From an uncultured Gemmatimonadales bacterium (lineage in GTDB: Bacteria > Gemmatimonadota > Gemmatimonadetes > Longimicrobiales > Longimicrobiaceae), in the NCBI GenBank assembly GCA_963716255.1, contig OY970303.1, positions 7,136,001 through 7,200,000 of the forward strand: a stretch of 64,000 nt of DNA. The letters run 5' to 3'. Shown in pieces: positions 62,466 through 64,000 of this stretch. A program made the position numbers and the translations under genes. The notes under the pieces were generated by a model. That model saw only the letters and a list, made by a program, of their open reading frames with translations, did no database searches and was not told the origin of the DNA. The first letter of the stretch is position 1. Every line of letters starts with the position of its first letter.

Positions 62466-62616
62466 GGGCGTGCCCCCGGCTGGCGCCGGGGTCGGGCTTC
62501 GGCTCCGTAGGGCTGCAAACAACGCAGCCCAACGGAGTCGAGCCCCGACGATACTGCTGTCGGGTCTCGCCCCTTCGGGCCGAAATCCCTCACGCGGGGT
62601 TCGCGCTGGCGTCCGC
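62466..62616 (-). repeat. Structured element, copy 8 (core 62466-62595)
   Basis: Reverse-complement arms CGAC-AGCAGTATC-GTCG and GGGCTGC-GTTGTTT-GCAGCCC. Confidence 0.95.
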
Positions 62617-62668
62617 GGGGGCCCCCTCCCCGGCGCTGCGCGCCGTCCCGCCGTTCCGCCGCAGCCGC

Positions 62669-63139
62669 TCAGTCGCTCAGGCCGGCACGCTCCCGCACCG
62701 CCATCATCGTCGCCTGCATCAGCGCCACGACCACGCCGTCGTCCGCCCCGGCGTCCGCGCCGTCCGGCAGCGCGACCAGCTCGCCCGAGCAGACGGTGAG
62801 CGTCCGCCCCGCCCGCACCACCCGCCCCACGGCCCGGAAGCGCGCCCCGGCGCCCGGCGCGAGCAGGTTGACCTTGAACTCCACGCTGAGCACGGCGGAC
62901 CCCGGCGGCATCAGCGTGAGCGCGGCGTACCCGCAGGCGCTGTCGACGACCGCCGTGGCCGCCCCGGCGTGCAGGAAGCCGTGCTGCTGCCCGAGCTCGG
63001 CGCGGAAGGGCAGCTCCACGACCACGCGGCCGGGCTCGACCGCAGCGAGCCGTGCCCCGAGGGTCGCCATGAAGGCCTGGCGCGCGAAGCTCGCGCGCAC
63101 CCGCGCGTCGTAGCCGGGGTCCTGCGGTTGGAAGCGCAT
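62669..63139 (-). CDS. PaaI-family hotdog-fold thioesterase
   Basis: QQHGFLHAG..VDSACGYAA, SVEFKVNLLAP, GRTLTVC. Confidence 0.9.
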   Translation of the reverse strand: MRFQPQDPGYDARVRASFARQAFMATLGARLAAVEPGRVVVELPFRAELGQQHGFLHAGAATAVVDSACGYAALTLMPPGSAVLSVEFKVNLLAPGAGARFRAVGRVVRAGRTLTVCSGELVALPDGADAGADDGVVVALMQATMMAVRERAGLSD

Positions 63140-63207
63140 GGGTGTCTCCGTCGCTCAGGTCCGGGGCGTGCCTGGAGGAGCGTTTTGCCGTTGCCGTCGC
63201 GGCCGTC

Positions 63208-63340
63208 GCGTGAGGGATGCGCGCCCGGCAGGGCCGAGACCCCGGGGGCCGTTTCCCGGGGGCTCGGCTGCGTTGGACACGGTAGTTTCGTGTCCTACGC
63301 AGCGCGCAGCCCGACCCCCGCGCCAGCGGGGGGCACGCCC
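63208..63340 (+). repeat. Structured element, copy 9 (diverged, no leader)
   Basis: GGG-A-TGCGCG/CGCGCA-G-CCC; CCC-GGCA-GGG; CCGAG/CTCGG; CTGCGT/ACGCAG; GGACACG-GTAGTTT-CGTGTCC. Confidence 0.9.
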
Positions 63341-63365
63341 GAACCCTGTCGTCGCAGTCCCGTAG

Positions 63366-64000
63366 TCAGCCGTTCAGCAACCGCACGCACAACACGGCCC
63401 AGGCGAGAACGGTGATGACGAGCTTGTAGTCGGAAAGGAGCGTGTCCGTGGGCGACTCCCCGGCGGACCGCGCGGCGAGGACGCCGTAGCGGAACAGGCC
63501 CGCCAGCACCAGCGGGATCGTGGTGAGGAGCACGGGGCGCTCCACCAGGACGAAGAGGCCGTAGACGACGAACGCGCCGGCGCCGGCCGCCCAGGCGAAC
63601 CGGTCCAGCACCCGGGCGGAGTAGCGGCGGAGCACGGGGCGCGCGGACTCGCCCCGCACGCGCAGCTCCTGCCGCCGCTTGAGCGCGGCAAGGTACGCGG
63701 CCAGGCAGAGCGTGGTGACGAGCATCCAGGCGGAGAGCGGCACGCCGATGCCGTGGGCGCCCCCGTACACCCGCAGCACGAAGCAGAGCGCCACCACGAA
63801 CAGCTCCACCCAGGCGACGTGCTTGAGGACGGTGGAGTACGCCGCCGCCGTCAGCAGGTACGCGGCGACGGGGAGGGCGAGCACGGGGCGCAGCGCCATC
63901 CCGGCGGCGAGGGCGGCGGAAAGCCCGGCGAGGACCGCCAGCGCGGCGCCCGGTGCGAGCAGGCCGGCGGCGAGCGGACGGGTGCTGCGCTTCAGGGGGT
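63366..64000 (-). CDS. UbiA-family prenyltransferase (decaprenyl-phosphate phosphoribosyltransferase-like), 5'-truncated
   Basis: The frame stays open to the window edge (PLKRSTRPLAAG). YS..LKH, FVLRVYGG, KRRQEL, RPVLRRY, GESPT. Confidence 0.82.
   Translation of the reverse strand, partial: PLKRSTRPLAAGLLAPGAALAVLAGLSAALAAGMALRPVLALPVAAYLLTAAAYSTVLKHVAWVELFVVALCFVLRVYGGAHGIGVPLSAWMLVTTLCLAAYLAALKRRQELRVRGESARPVLRRYSARVLDRFAWAAGAGAFVVYGLFVLVERPVLLTTIPLVLAGLFRYGVLAARSAGESPTDTLLSDYKLVITVLAWAVLCVRLLNG

Noticed and set aside
62669..63139. PaaI thioesterase as the NRPS release enzyme
   Set aside because: It has a hotdog fold, lies 38 kb away in an unrelated transcription unit, and has no supporting linkage.
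24598..63340. CRISPR array or integron attC interpretation of the repeats
   Set aside because: Copies are dispersed in both orientations with no repeat-spacer periodicity. There is no cas gene or integrase in the window, no GTTRRRY/RYYYAAC box arrangement, and several genes lie between copies.

Overview
Very GC-rich bacterial DNA. The giant GC-rich NRPS style suggests Gemmatimonadota/Longimicrobiaceae, but this is only an inference. The window has three layers. (1) Bases 1-24541 hold the 3' part of a giant NRPS: a partial C domain, then 8 A-T units joined by 7 complete C domains, with no E or TE domain. The last six modules are three near-identical tandem pairs. (2) Bases ~24700-60550 hold a large surface-polysaccharide locus: two Wzi-like barrels, WecB, a DegT aminotransferase, Wzm/Wzt, a flippase, six glycosyltransferases, six methyltransferase-like genes, pyruvyl-, acyl-, carbamoyl- and amidotransferases, and a frameshifted CapK/PaaK-like ligase. 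Three unrelated minus-strand genes follow. (3) The intergenic spaces carry a family of structured non-coding repeats. The most striking is a ~130-nt element present 9 times in 39 kb. Its stems differ in sequence between copies but stay paired through compensatory changes, and its loops and junctions are conserved. It sits among mosaics of REP-like hairpins, and no transposase is present in the window. Many gene starts were re-called at GTG/ATG codons overlapping the upstream stop, so they differ from the ORF track.
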